A DNA stretch of 64,000 nucleotides from an uncultured Clostridia bacterium (GCA_947625645.1 CANQPE010000001.1:74978-138977); one strand, 5' to 3'. Shown: positions 37,924 through 48,133, counted from the first letter of the stretch. The notes: generated by a model from the sequence alone, not told the origin. Translations and numbers: made by a program.

Positions 37924-38404
37924 CTTCCTCGGAGCTACGCATTTGATAGAAAGTTTCCACCAAAAACGTTTTGGCAGTCGGTCTCCCTCCGAACATGATG
38001 TTAAAAGGGGTGGGATTCTTTTGATACTGTTGTTGCACAACACCTGTTATTCTTGCAGATAGCAAGTTTCTTTTTTCGTGGACAGTTTCTTCCATTCTCT
38101 GATAAATGGTTTTTCTTAATGTTGCCTCAGTTGTCTCATTTTCAGGAATGTCCATCACAACCAAAAAATCCAGTAAATTCTGCCTTGCTTTGGTTGGCTC
38201 ACATATGCCATATGAATTTAAGAGTATGATGGCTTTCCTTTTTACATAGAGCCTCTCGCATTTGTTCAAAATTTCCTGATTGGTTTTACAGTCTGAAATA
38301 TCAACCCCTACTATTTGTTGCAAGATGTTACAAATGTGTACATATGCACTGTCCCCCTCCCTTTCTATAATCCGACGGAGTGCTTCCAACTGTTTTTGTG
38401 TCAT
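37913..38404 (-). CDS. hypothetical protein, compositionally atypical orphan
   Basis: 163 aa from the ATG at 38404 (AAAGGAG 8 nt upstream). Locally higher G+C (29 of 60 in 37931-37990 by hand count). Contains the only in-frame CGG I found outside the frameshift sites. Confidence 0.55.
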   Translation of the reverse strand: MTQKQLEALRRIIEREGDSAYVHICNILQQIVGVDISDCKTNQEILNKCERLYVKRKAIILLNSYGICEPTKARQNLLDFLVVMDIPENETTEATLRKTIYQRMEETVHEKRNLLSARITGVVQQQYQKNPTPFNIMFGGRPTAKTFLVETFYQMRSSEEGEN

Positions 38405-38437
38405 CTCACTGTCTCCTTTCAACGTTGGTATACTCTT

Positions 38438-38466
38438 ATTATACTACTTTTACGCCCAATTGTCAA
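38438..38466 (-). promoter_or_regulatory. consensus promoter of the orphan ORF
   Basis: Minus strand reads TTGACA (38466-38461)-17 nt-TATAAT (38443-38438). Confidence 0.65.
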
Positions 38467-38472
38467 AATGAT

Positions 38473-38497
38473 AAAAAGAAGCTTTCGCTTCTTTTTT
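38473..38497 (-). terminator. terminator of the M23 peptidase gene
   Basis: aaaaagaagc-tttc-gcttcttttt hairpin overlapping the stop codon. Confidence 0.6.
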
Positions 38498-39491
38498 ATG
38501 AATACATATAACGTTGTGGATCTACATGTACACCATTAATTCTAATTTCTAAGTGTAAATGTGGTCCTGTTGAATTTCCAGTGGTTCCTACAGTTGCAAT
38601 TATATCTCCTGCTTGCACAGTTTGCCCAACCGTTACTTTCATCGTGTTGGTATGTGCATACCAAGTTTCTACACCATTTCCATGGTCAATTTTCACTAGG
38701 TTTCCATACGCGCCTGTATATTGTGCCGCAGTTACGGTTCCACTAGCTACTGCTTTAATAGGTGTTCCTTTCGCAACTCCTATGTCTAACCCTGTGTGGT
38801 CAGAAGAACGAATTCGGCTACTCACTCCATACCTAGAAGTAATGGTTCCTTCGACTGGAAGAACTGCCAGTTTAATGCCATTGACTGTCATTTTTTCCTC
38901 TTTTTTCTTTTCTTCCTGCACACGATTTAATTTTTGATATGCATTTGCCTTTGCACCTTCTAAGGTATTGGTTTGTAATTCTGTTTCGTTCTGTGTCTCA
39001 CGTTCTACGATTTGAATATCTAACGTACTGTCTTGTTGCTTTAATTCTGTAGCAATTTCTTCTGCCTGTGCTAATGTATCTACCGCATCAATTTTTTCTT
39101 GATTCATATGAATTTCAAAATATTGGTACGTCATTATCATATCTTTTTGCATGTTTATGATAATTTCATCTTCATTTGTTTCTTGATTTCTAGAAACAAG
39201 CTTTAAGGCATATTCTGGCTCTTCTGCAATTGTTACATCACAGACATTTTTAGATTGATAATTTTGTATTTGTGCTACAATTGTACTTTCAAATTTTTGT
39301 TTATTTTCTACATAGCCTATTTCTTCGCCAGATAGCTTGACTTCATATATTGGTTTATACTTTACCATAATAATCCCTGCAATAATAGCGATTGCAATTA
39401 TGATAAGATTGAAAAACTTAAAAATCTCTTTTGTATAGAATTTTAGTTTTCGTTTTAAAATAAAATCCACGCTCCTTTTTTTTGCAACCAT
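38496..39491 (-). CDS. M23/LytM-family metallopeptidase, membrane-anchored
   Basis: 331 aa. N-terminal TM helix. HTGLDIGVAKGTPIKAVASGTV and GNSTGPHLHLEIR motifs. Confidence 0.85.
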   Translation of the reverse strand: MVAKKRSVDFILKRKLKFYTKEIFKFFNLIIIAIAIIAGIIMVKYKPIYEVKLSGEEIGYVENKQKFESTIVAQIQNYQSKNVCDVTIAEEPEYALKLVSRNQETNEDEIIINMQKDMIMTYQYFEIHMNQEKIDAVDTLAQAEEIATELKQQDSTLDIQIVERETQNETELQTNTLEGAKANAYQKLNRVQEEKKKEEKMTVNGIKLAVLPVEGTITSRYGVSSRIRSSDHTGLDIGVAKGTPIKAVASGTVTAAQYTGAYGNLVKIDHGNGVETWYAHTNTMKVTVGQTVQAGDIIATVGTTGNSTGPHLHLEIRINGVHVDPQRYMYS

Positions 39492-39496
39492 CTTTT

Positions 39497-39525
39497 ATTA
39501 TACTATATATTCTTACCATTTTCAA
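39497..39525 (-). promoter_or_regulatory. promoter abutting the M23 start codon (possible leaderless mRNA)
   Basis: Minus strand reads TTGAAA (39525-39520)-17 nt-TATAAT (39502-39497), then only 5 nt (AAAAG) before the ATG at 39491. No SD sequence. Confidence 0.45.
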
Positions 39526-39796
39526 ATTATGTATACATCATTTGGAAGTTTTAACCGTTTTTTCAAACTTTTTTTCCTTTTTACTTCCTTATTTTCATAT
39601 TTTTTCTCTATATAACTTATTTTTCCTCATTTTTTCTCTCATTTTCAGTTGTAAACAAAGATTGATACGAAATTTGCTGTACTTTGATAAAAAAATCCAA
39701 AATATTCTTTTGCCAATTTTCGCTCTATATAAACATTTTTTTATCATTTTCTTCATTTTGTTTAACTTATATATTCTATTTTTCACTTTGTGTTAC

Positions 39797-39825
39797 TTCC
39801 AAACTTATAAGTTAAATGGTATAGT
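39797..39825 (+). promoter_or_regulatory. promoter of the second XRE regulator gene
   Basis: TTCCAA-17 nt-TATAGT with an upstream TG (extended -10). Confidence 0.45.
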
Positions 39826-39860
39826 ATGTTTAAAATATGCAGAATAGGAAGGTGATAAAA

Positions 39861-40196
39861 ATGGCTATTGATTACTCAGTTATTGGTTCAAGAATCAAAG
39901 AAGCTAGAATTGCAAAAAATTTAACACAAGAAGATTTAGCTGACCAAATTGATATATCTGTTGCATTCTTAAGCAGAGTAGAAAGAGGAAACTCTCATAT
40001 TAATCTAAAAAGATTAAATCAAATTTGCGGATTGTTAGATGTTTCTGAAGGTTACATCTTAAATGGTGCTTCTAATAATTCTAAAAATTATTTAGAACAT
40101 GAATTTGCTGAACTATTGAAAAAAGTTTCTCCTAAGAAACAAAAATTAATCTACAATGTTGCAAAAGCAATTGCAGAAACAGACGAAGAACTATAA
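39861..40196 (+). CDS. XRE-family helix-turn-helix transcriptional regulator
   Basis: 111 aa from the ATG at 39861 (RBS AGGAAGGTG). LTQEDLADQIDISVAFLSRVERGN. Paralogue of 16906..17232, including the C-terminal PKKQKLIY. Confidence 0.8.
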   Translation: MAIDYSVIGSRIKEARIAKNLTQEDLADQIDISVAFLSRVERGNSHINLKRLNQICGLLDVSEGYILNGASNNSKNYLEHEFAELLKKVSPKKQKLIYNVAKAIAETDEEL

Positions 40197-40237
40197 AAAC
40201 CTGTGTTAGACTTTTTACTCCGTACTCGATACTGATT

Positions 40238-40296
40238 GCGAAATTAAAATTTCCTGGTAATTTGCATTACATAGAAAATTTTAATTTTGCTTTTTT
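40238..40296 (+). terminator. AT-rich hairpin plus T-run after the XRE gene
   Basis: gcgaaattaaaatttcc / gaaaattttaattttgc (2 mismatches) followed by TTTTTT. Confidence 0.45.
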
Positions 40297-40447
40297 ATTG
40301 GGTAACATGTTGTTTTTGCAACTGTTTTTTTTAATATTTTCCGATATGATTGATATTATTCTACAAAATGGGTAACACTATTCGTAGAACAAATTGAAAA
40401 TTGATATTTTTAACTCTATGGTACCTAAGAAAGGAAGGATTGATAGA

Positions 40448-42685
40448 ATGAAATTTGAGCAATGGAATGGATTTCAAGGTGGAGATTGGCAATCTGAAAT
40501 TAATGTACGAGATTTTATTCAGCATAATTATACTCCATATGAAGGAAATAGTGATTTTTTGGAAAAACCTACTTCAAAAACAGAAACCTTATGGAATGAG
40601 GTCTTAGAATTATACAAAAAAGAGCATGATGCCCCTGGTGGTGTATTGGATATCGATACCAAAACCGTATCTACTGTGTCTGCTCATGAAGCTGGCTATA
40701 TTGATAAAGATCTAGAAGTGATTGTAGGTCTACAAACAGATGCACCTTTAAAAAGAGCCATTATGCCTTTTGGCGGAATTAGAATTGTAGAAAAATCTTG
40801 TGAAGCATATGGAAGGCAATTAGATAAAGACGTGGAAACCATTTTTCATCAATACCGAAAAACACATAATGATGGCGTTTTTGATGTCTATACGCCTGAT
40901 ATTAGAGCTGCACGTTCTAGCCACTTAATTACTGGTTTACCAGATGGATATGGACGTGGAAGAATTATTGGAGATTACAGAAGAGTAGCACTTTATGGTG
41001 TAGATTGTTTAATTAACAAAAAAAATGAAGAATTAGACATTTTAGATGTAGACCAGTTTACAGAAGAAGTCATTCGTGAGAGAGAAGAAATTCGTGAACA
41101 AATAAAAGCCTTGCAGGCTCTAAAAAGTATGGCTTCTCAATATGGTTTTGACATTTCCAAACCTGCTTCTAATGCCAAGGAAGCTGTACAATGGTTATAC
41201 TTCGGATATTTAGCTGCTATTAAAGATCAAAATGGTGCTGCTATGAGTATTGGTAGAAATGCTACATTTTTAGATATTTATTTTGAACGTGATTTCCAAA
41301 ATGGTACTTTAACAGAAGCTCAAGCACAAGAAATTATGGACCATTTTATCATGAAATTACGTCTTGTACGTTTTTTAAGAACGCCTGAATACAATGAATT
41401 ATTTAGTGGAGACCCTGTTTGGGTAACAGAAAGCATTGGTGGCATGGGCATTGACGGCAGAACTTTAGTGACTAAAAATTCTTACCGTTTGTTACATTCT
41501 TTAGAAAATCTAGGACCTGCTCCTGAGCCTAACCTAACCATTTTATGGTCTACTAGACTTCCAGAAAATTTCAAACGATATGTAACAGGTCTTTCCATAA
41601 AAACATCTTCTCTCCAATACGAAAATGATGATTTAATGAGAATTACGTTAGGTGATGATTATGCGATTGCTTGCTGTGTTTCTCCGATGAAAATTGGAAA
41701 ACAAATGCAATTCTTTGGCGCAAGAGCCAACCTTGCGAAAACACTTTTATATGCCATTAACGGTGGTAGAGATGAAATAACCGGTAAACAAGTTACACCA
41801 AAATATGAACCAATTTTATCTGAATATTTAGAGTATGATGAAGTCATGGAAAAATTTGACCAAATGATGGAATATGTTGCTAAAATTTATATAAAGGCTT
41901 TAAATGCCATTCACTACATGCATGATAAATATTCTTATGAGGCTATTGAAATGGCATTGCATGACAAAGACTTAATTCGTACAATGGCCTGCGGAATTGC
42001 TGGTTTATCTGTTGTAGCAGATTCTTTATCTGCCATTCGTTATGCTAAAGTAAAAGTCATTCGTGATGAATCTGGTTTGGCTGTAGATTATGAAGTAGAA
42101 GGTGATTTCCCAAAATACGGAAATGATGATGATGCCGTTGATCAAATAGCGGTAGACGTTGTCAAAACATTTTTAAGAAAATTGCAAAAGCATCAAACTT
42201 ACCGAAATGCAAAGCATACGCTTTCTATTTTAACCATCACTTCTAATGTGGTGTATGGAAAAGCCACTGGTAATACCCCTGATGGTAGATTAGCAGGAGA
42301 ACCTTTTGGACCTGGTGCCAACCCATTGCATGGAAGAGATGCCAATGGTGCATTAGCTGTTATGAATACGATTGCAAAATTACCTTTTCCAGACGCAGAA
42401 GATGGCATTTCATATACGTTTTCTATTACACCAAACACCCTTGGAAAAACAGAAGAACAACGTGTAGAAAATTTAGTAAACATGTTAGATGGTTTTTTCA
42501 AACAAACAGGACATCACATTAATGTAAATGTATTTGATAGAAGCTTATTAGAAGATGCGATGGAACACCCTGAAAAATACCCTCAACTTACCATTCGTGT
42601 TTCTGGATATGCAGTCCACTTTACCAAACTAACAAGAGAACAGCAATTAGATGTCATTCACCGAACCATTCATGAAAGAATTTAA
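40448..42685 (+). CDS. pflB: pyruvate formate-lyase (formate C-acetyltransferase)
   Basis: 745 aa from the ATG at 40448 (RBS AAGAAAGGAAGGA). Active-site ACCVSPM. Glycyl-radical motif [11 protein letters not shown]. Confidence 0.95.
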   Translation: MKFEQWNGFQGGDWQSEINVRDFIQHNYTPYEGNSDFLEKPTSKTETLWNEVLELYKKEHDAPGGVLDIDTKTVSTVSAHEAGYIDKDLEVIVGLQTDAPLKRAIMPFGGIRIVEKSCEAYGRQLDKDVETIFHQYRKTHNDGVFDVYTPDIRAARSSHLITGLPDGYGRGRIIGDYRRVALYGVDCLINKKNEELDILDVDQFTEEVIREREEIREQIKALQALKSMASQYGFDISKPASNAKEAVQWLYFGYLAAIKDQNGAAMSIGRNATFLDIYFERDFQNGTLTEAQAQEIMDHFIMKLRLVRFLRTPEYNELFSGDPVWVTESIGGMGIDGRTLVTKNSYRLLHSLENLGPAPEPNLTILWSTRLPENFKRYVTGLSIKTSSLQYENDDLMRITLGDDYAIACCVSPMKIGKQMQFFGARANLAKTLLYAINGGRDEITGKQVTPKYEPILSEYLEYDEVMEKFDQMMEYVAKIYIKALNAIHYMHDKYSYEAIEMALHDKDLIRTMACGIAGLSVVADSLSAIRYAKVKVIRDESGLAVDYEVEGDFPKYGNDDDAVDQIAVDVVKTFLRKLQKHQTYRNAKHTLSILTITSNVVYGKATGNTPDGRLAGEPFGPGANPLHGRDANGALAVMNTIAKLPFPDAEDGISYTFSITPNTLGKTEEQRVENLVNMLDGFFKQTGHHINVNVFDRSLLEDAMEHPEKYPQLTIRVSGYAVHFTKLTREQQLDVIHRTIHERI

Positions 42686-42744
42686 AGGATTGAACATCTT
42701 GAAAAATAATGACAATTCGTACCTAGAAAGGAATGTGCAAAAAA

Positions 42745-43494
42745 ATGAAACTAGAAAAAGAAGATTTAGCATATTATGCCAAAGTACATTCAATTGAATC
42801 CTTTGGAACTGTTGATGGCCCTGGTATTCGTTTTGTGCTATTTTTGCAAGGATGCCATTTGCAATGCAAATATTGCCATAACCGCGATACTTGGGACATA
42901 AATGGTGGTTCTTATCGCTCTTTAGATGAGATTTTCGAAAAAATTTTAAAATATCAAAACTATATCCAGCCGAATGGTGGCGTAACGGTGACTGGCGGAG
43001 AACCACTTTTGCAAGTACATTTTTTGATTTCCTTATTTCAAAAGCTAAAAGCAGTGGGAATTCATACTTGCATTGATACCTCTGGCATGGTTGCCATCAC
43101 CAAGGAAATAGAAACACTATTATCATTGACGGATTTGGTGTTATTAGACATTAAACACATTGATAATGAAAAATGTAAAGCACTGGTAGGTGTTGGCAAT
43201 ACGTTAGAATTAAAATTTGCTAGGTACCTGAGCGACCACGGTATTGCTACTTGGATTAGACAGGTAATTGTTCCTGGTTTTACAGATGATAAAGAAGATT
43301 TATTAAAATTAAAAGAGTTTATTGCAAGTTTAAAGACTGTTGAAAAAGTAGAGCTTTTACCTTACCACGATATGGGAGCTTATAAATGGAAAAAATTGGG
43401 CGGAACGTATGCTCTTGAAAACACTCGTCCTGCTACTTCCCAAGACATTGCAAGATGTCAAGCAATTTTAAATGCCACGACTACTGCGAATTAG
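42745..43494 (+). CDS. pflA: pyruvate formate-lyase activating enzyme (radical SAM)
   Basis: 249 aa. GTVDGPGIRFVLFLQGCHLQCKYCHN (CxxxCxxC). The start at 42745 is preferred over 42733 on RBS spacing. Confidence 0.9.
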   Translation: MKLEKEDLAYYAKVHSIESFGTVDGPGIRFVLFLQGCHLQCKYCHNRDTWDINGGSYRSLDEIFEKILKYQNYIQPNGGVTVTGGEPLLQVHFLISLFQKLKAVGIHTCIDTSGMVAITKEIETLLSLTDLVLLDIKHIDNEKCKALVGVGNTLELKFARYLSDHGIATWIRQVIVPGFTDDKEDLLKLKEFIASLKTVEKVELLPYHDMGAYKWKKLGGTYALENTRPATSQDIARCQAILNATTTAN

Positions 43495-43515
43495 CCGTGG
43501 CATTTTTTGAATTCT

Positions 43516-44373
43516 TCATCCCTTGCGAATTGCTTTGACAACTTCATCTATGCTTTTTTGTGGTGTAGATGCTCCTGCCATTATCCCAATTTTTTCATAA
43601 TTTTTGATTTCTTCCATGTTTAATTCTTTCTCATTTTGAATGCATATGCTATTGATACAGTATTGCTTTGCTATGTCAAAAAGTTTACGTGTATTGGAGC
43701 TGTTTTTCCCCCCAATAATAATCATATAGTCCATTTCTTTTGCTAAAATTTCTGTCTCCATTTGTCTTAATTCTGTAGCTTTACAAATGGTATTGTTAAT
43801 CACCAATGTTACATCTTTGTTGATTTCATTTTTAACAATTTCTTCTACAATATAAAATTTTTCTAGGCTATATGTTGTCTGTGAAATGAGTAGTAATTTT
43901 TTGATTCCTGATTTTTCAAATTGTTCTATTGCTGGAATGACATCATCTTCTTCATTTTCTATGATTGATACATGTTCTCCACAATGACTTAAAGTTCCTA
44001 AATTTTCAGGATGTTTTTTGCTTCCACATAAAAATATGTAATACCCTTGTTGTGCATATTTTTCTGCTATTTTGTGAATTTTTAAAACGTTAGGACATGT
44101 ATAGTCTTTTAGTGGAATTGCTTTTTGTTCTGCAATTTCATATATTTTTTGAGAAACCCCATGTGCCCTAATTACCGTAATTCCATCAGCCTGTTCTAAT
44201 TCTTGAATAAATTGCACACCTTCTTGTTTTAGTCCTTCTATGACATCTTGGTTATGCACAATTTCGCCTAAACAATAAACTTTTGGTTGTTGTTTTGCTA
44301 AATTTCGGCACCCTTCTACTGCTCGTTTCACTCCCATACAAAATCCTGCGGTTTTACCTATGGTTATTTCCAT
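43516..44373 (-). CDS. ispH: 4-hydroxy-3-methylbut-2-enyl diphosphate reductase
   Basis: 285 aa from the ATG at 44373 (alternative start 44385). GFCMGVKRAV and other LytB motifs. Not fused to an S1 domain. Confidence 0.9.
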   Translation of the reverse strand: MEITIGKTAGFCMGVKRAVEGCRNLAKQQPKVYCLGEIVHNQDVIEGLKQEGVQFIQELEQADGITVIRAHGVSQKIYEIAEQKAIPLKDYTCPNVLKIHKIAEKYAQQGYYIFLCGSKKHPENLGTLSHCGEHVSIIENEEDDVIPAIEQFEKSGIKKLLLISQTTYSLEKFYIVEEIVKNEINKDVTLVINNTICKATELRQMETEILAKEMDYMIIIGGKNSSNTRKLFDIAKQYCINSICIQNEKELNMEEIKNYEKIGIMAGASTPQKSIDEVVKAIRKG

Positions 44374-44436
44374 GTTTACTGCCATTCCTTTCTTCGGTAT
44401 GAATTGGGTTGGAAAAGGATTCTTTTTTCACCCCAT

Positions 44437-45504
44437 TCATTCCTTGATATTTTGAATTTCTTTTAAAATTTCTGTTTTCAAACATTCTACAATGTCTTCT
44501 TGTTTTACTTTTTTGATAATTTCTCCTTTTTTGAATAATAAGCCTTCTTTTACGCCTCCTGCTATCCCAATGTCTGCTTCACGCGCTTCTCCTGGTCCAT
44601 TGACTGCACATCCCATAACAGCAACTGTAATGTCTGCTTCAATGGTTTGTAAAAATTCTTCTACTTCTTTTGCCATGGGTATTAAATCTATTTGTGTTCT
44701 TCCACAAGTAGGACATGCAATTAATGTTGGTGATTTTTTATATAAATGACAGTCTTTTAGGATTTCTTTTGCTACCTTTATTTCTTTGACTGGATCGTCT
44801 GATAAAGATACGCGTATGGTGTCCCCTATTCCTTGTCTTAGCATGTAACCTAGTCCAATACTAGATTTTATTGTACCACTAAATTCTGTACCTGCTTCCG
44901 TAATTCCTAAATGTAATGGACATTGAAATGTGTTAGCGGCTTCTAAATAACTTTCAATGCATAAATCTAAATTAGAGGCTTTTAGGGATACTGCATAATC
45001 TTGAAAATGTAAGTCTTCTAAAATATCTATATGCCTTTTGGCACTTTCTACCATTGCTTTTGCTGTAGGCTTTCCATATTTTTCTAATAAATCCTTTTCT
45101 AAAGAGCCTGCATTGACTCCAATACGAATGGGAATATGGTGCATTCGGCATGCCTCCACAACGGCTTCTACTCGTTCTGGTGAGCCAATATTCCCTGGAT
45201 TAATACGAACTTTATCAACACCTGCATGAATTGCTTCTAATGCAATGCGATAATCAAAGTGAATATCTGCTACAATTGGTATATGAATTTTTTGCTTAAT
45301 TTCTTTAATTGCTTTTGCATCTTGCACATCTAGGCAAGCCACGCGAACTACCTCGCAGCCTGCCTTTTCTAATTCTATGATTTGGTTTACCGTTTGCGCT
45401 ACATCTTTGGTTTTAGTATTGCACATGGATTGAATCACGACTTTGTTTTGTCCCCCAATTTGTACATTTCCTACCATGATTGGTCTTGTTTCATTTCTTT
45501 TCAT
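44437..45504 (-). CDS. ispG: 4-hydroxy-3-methylbut-2-en-1-yl diphosphate synthase
   Basis: 355 aa. VRINPGNIG and the CPTCGR...[10 protein letters not shown] cluster motifs. Confidence 0.95.
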   Translation of the reverse strand: MKRNETRPIMVGNVQIGGQNKVVIQSMCNTKTKDVAQTVNQIIELEKAGCEVVRVACLDVQDAKAIKEIKQKIHIPIVADIHFDYRIALEAIHAGVDKVRINPGNIGSPERVEAVVEACRMHHIPIRIGVNAGSLEKDLLEKYGKPTAKAMVESAKRHIDILEDLHFQDYAVSLKASNLDLCIESYLEAANTFQCPLHLGITEAGTEFSGTIKSSIGLGYMLRQGIGDTIRVSLSDDPVKEIKVAKEILKDCHLYKKSPTLIACPTCGRTQIDLIPMAKEVEEFLQTIEADITVAVMGCAVNGPGEAREADIGIAGGVKEGLLFKKGEIIKKVKQEDIVECLKTEILKEIQNIKE

Positions 45505-45515
45505 ATTAACTGCTA

Positions 45516-45541
45516 TTCCTTCCTTGGCACAAATTCTAGTT
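45516..45541 (-). repeat. conserved pre-SD leader box, copy upstream of ispG (AACTAGAATTTGTGCCAAGGAAGGAA)
   Basis: Same architecture as the other copies. Lies 11 nt before the ATG. Confidence 0.45.
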
Positions 45542-45607
45542 AAAAAAATTCCATTTTAGCACAACAAAACGGTACTGCTTTTTTAACCTTTTTCCATGCT
45601 TTTAAAA

Positions 45608-46549
45608 CTACATTCCTAATAGTTTTAGTTCAATATTCTCCATCTTATACTTTCCATCTACCAGTTTAAACTGAACTAACGTATTTTCTAATGTTTCTTC
45701 ATTTTGCCTTAAATCCGTTGTAAAATAGTACTGAATTTGTGGGATTTCAATTTGTGCTTTTACAATTTCTCGAAAAGTCTCTGCCATATGTTTTTCATCT
45801 TCACATACAAAGATTAATTGTGGAAGAGAGTGAAATCCTGAATCTCCTGGCACAAAATTCCCATAGAAATCTTGATATAAACGCATTTTATCTATCAATT
45901 TTTTCTCCCATTCTGGTTCTCTTCGAATGACTTCAAATAAAAATTGAATGGATCTGTTATTTTTCGTTAATTTGACACATCCTCCACTTGCTTTAAAGGT
46001 TTTGCCTGCTATTTTTGCATTGATTGCTGGTTTCACAATAAATTCGTCAAAAGCTTTTACTTTTCTTAAATAGGCAATAATGGTTTGGTTGCCTGCTAAT
46101 CTTTTTTTCATCATAGCCACTGGTTTGGTATTATCGGAAGGTTGCCATTTACATTCAATCTCTTTAGAAGTTAAAAGATATTTCCCCATTTTTTCCATAC
46201 AATAAATTCTGTAAATGCCCTTTCCCTCATCAGATGTAAAATAGTACCTTGTTAAGATTTTTGATTTTACAAGTGCATCTAACTTGTTGTTCAATTTATC
46301 TTGTGATTTTGGGTCTATTCCTTTTATTTCTAACATTTGATACAATTGTCTTGAAGTAATAAATTCAAATTGGTTTACTAATTCTAGAATTGCAAAATGT
46401 ATATCTGTTATATGCCCTATATTTATCTTATGTACAATTTGATTCATAGACACATAGCCGTCTTTCCCATCAAATGTTTTGATTTCACCTTCCCTAATTG
46501 CAAAAGGTGATACTTCTGCTTTAATCTGGTTATCTTCAACCATTTTCAT
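45608..46549 (-). CDS. hypothetical protein, possibly replication-relaxation-like (wHTH N-terminus) (tentative)
   Basis: 313 aa. ILELVNQFEFITSRQLYQML looks like a winged-helix segment. The rest is not recognised. Confidence 0.3.
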   Translation of the reverse strand: MKMVEDNQIKAEVSPFAIREGEIKTFDGKDGYVSMNQIVHKINIGHITDIHFAILELVNQFEFITSRQLYQMLEIKGIDPKSQDKLNNKLDALVKSKILTRYYFTSDEGKGIYRIYCMEKMGKYLLTSKEIECKWQPSDNTKPVAMMKKRLAGNQTIIAYLRKVKAFDEFIVKPAINAKIAGKTFKASGGCVKLTKNNRSIQFLFEVIRREPEWEKKLIDKMRLYQDFYGNFVPGDSGFHSLPQLIFVCEDEKHMAETFREIVKAQIEIPQIQYYFTTDLRQNEETLENTLVQFKLVDGKYKMENIELKLLGM

Positions 46550-46556
46550 TCCTCCT

Positions 46557-47360
46557 CTACAAAATAAACAATTTTACTTTTCTTTTGTTATAGTCAATTT
46601 TCTTAATGTATACATCAATTTCTTGACCATATTGGAGACCTGGTTTGTATTCTGACATTCCTACTAAATTGGGAGATAATTCAATAAAAATGCCATTTTT
46701 ATGTTTTTCCGTTTCTCTGACAATGCCTTTTACTTTTTCCCCTATCTTGAATTTTTGTGCATTTTCTTCCCAAGTGCCATAATTTTCTTTATAGGATAGT
46801 GAGATTTTTCCAGTTTCTCTGTCTATATATTTTACCACAATATTGACTTTTTGTCCAATTTTTAATCTTTCATAAGGCGTTTTAATCCTTGCAACTGATA
46901 AATCCTCTATATGTGCTAGTCCTACAACGCCTCCTCCAATTTCTATAAAAGCACCATATGGTGTAATATTTTTGACAATTCCACTGACTTTATCTCCTAC
47001 ATGCAAATCATTTTTAACTGCTTCTATGACTTCTTCTTGCACTCTTTTTCTTGAAAGAATGGGAATATTTTCTTCATTCATTCCTTCAATTTTAAACTGA
47101 ACATATTTATGTACTTTTCCTGTGCATAAGTTCTGCTTTGGTAAACCGTCTGGTTCTACATTAATTCCTTCTACTTCTTTACGTGGAATAATGCCTTTTA
47201 TGTTGTTGCCTAACTGTACATGTAAATTAAAATTTTCATCACATCTTTCGACAATTCCTTGTAAAATATCATCATGATAAATGTACTGGTTTAATTCATT
47301 TATTTCTATAGGGGATAGATTTTCATTCCACCCTTCTGGCAAAAATTGAAATGTATTCAT
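46557..47360 (-). CDS. S1 RNA-binding domain protein
   Basis: 267 aa. GDKVSGIVKNITPYGAFIEIGGGVVGLAHIEDLS plus two further S1-like repeats. Confidence 0.8.
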   Translation of the reverse strand: MNTFQFLPEGWNENLSPIEINELNQYIYHDDILQGIVERCDENFNLHVQLGNNIKGIIPRKEVEGINVEPDGLPKQNLCTGKVHKYVQFKIEGMNEENIPILSRKRVQEEVIEAVKNDLHVGDKVSGIVKNITPYGAFIEIGGGVVGLAHIEDLSVARIKTPYERLKIGQKVNIVVKYIDRETGKISLSYKENYGTWEENAQKFKIGEKVKGIVRETEKHKNGIFIELSPNLVGMSEYKPGLQYGQEIDVYIKKIDYNKRKVKLFIL

Positions 47361-47425
47361 TGGTAACTCTCCTTTTTCTTATGTTTGTTTTATTATATAC
47401 TTTCCCTTATAAAATTGCAAGACTT

Positions 47426-48133
47426 TTAAAATATTTCCGTTTTTCGTAAATAACGCCATTTTCCAAGGGGTATATCTTTGACACTAATGGTTCCTATCTT
47501 ACTTCGATGCAATGCTAATACTTTTCTGTTGATTGCTTCACACATTCTTCTGATTTGTCTGTTTTTTCCTTCATGGATGGTAATTTCTAAACGCGAGCTA
47601 TTGTTTTGTGTGTCTGTTTTTAAGATTTTGACTTTTGCAGGTCTTGTTACATACCCTCCTATGTCGACACCTTTTTGGAGTTGCTCAACTTCTTCCTTGG
47701 TCACAATTCCTTTTATGGTAACCGTATACGTTTTTTCTATTTCATGTTTTGGGTGTGTCCATCGGTATACAAAGTCTCCATCGTTTGTTAGAATTAAAGC
47801 CCCTGATGTATACATGTCTAGTCTGCCTACTGGTACAATTCTTTCCTTTACTTTTACTAAGTCCATCACAGTATCACGATGGAATTGGTCTTTTACAGTT
47901 GTAACATATCCTATGGGTTTATTGAGCAAAATATATACTTTTTGCTCCTGGTTTTCCACTTTTTTTCCCTGAAAGGTGATACTATCATTTTTAGGATTTA
48001 CTTTCGTGCCTAATTGCGTAACCGTTTTTCCATTGACTTGTATTTTTCCTTCTAAAATATACTGCTCACATGTCCTTCTAGAACCAATGCCCTGATTGGC
48101 TAAAAATTTTTGTAATCTTATTTCTTCTTCCAT
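47426..48133 (-). CDS. rluB: pseudouridine synthase, RsuA/RluB family
   Basis: 235 aa. S4 domain RLQKFLANQGIGSRR. Catalytic VGRLD. Confidence 0.8.
   Translation of the reverse strand: MEEEIRLQKFLANQGIGSRRTCEQYILEGKIQVNGKTVTQLGTKVNPKNDSITFQGKKVENQEQKVYILLNKPIGYVTTVKDQFHRDTVMDLVKVKERIVPVGRLDMYTSGALILTNDGDFVYRWTHPKHEIEKTYTVTIKGIVTKEEVEQLQKGVDIGGYVTRPAKVKILKTDTQNNSSRLEITIHEGKNRQIRRMCEAINRKVLALHRSKIGTISVKDIPLGKWRYLRKTEIF

Noticed and set aside
37819-38043. 74-aa ORF bridging the adhE start and the orphan gene
   Set aside because: It crosses the adhE promoter and the terminator hairpin, and it overlaps two better-supported genes.
38372-38374. In-frame CGG in ORF 37913..38404 as a fourth frameshift site
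   Set aside because: The frame continues uninterrupted through it (…EALRRIIEREG…) with no alternative frame open. It is better read as ordinary Arg usage in a compositionally foreign gene. It is reported instead as a caveat to the CGG finding.
40297-40447. Direct repeat TGGGTAACA (x2) and TTGAT-like half-sites upstream of pflB as an FNR/Rex/CcpA operator
   Set aside because: I could not match any full consensus (TTGAT-N4-ATCAA, TTGTGAA-N6-TTCACAA, or cre). The evidence is too weak to call.
42647-43006. 119-aa minus-strand ORF across the pflB/pflA junction
   Set aside because: It is antisense to two highly conserved genes and has no translation signals.
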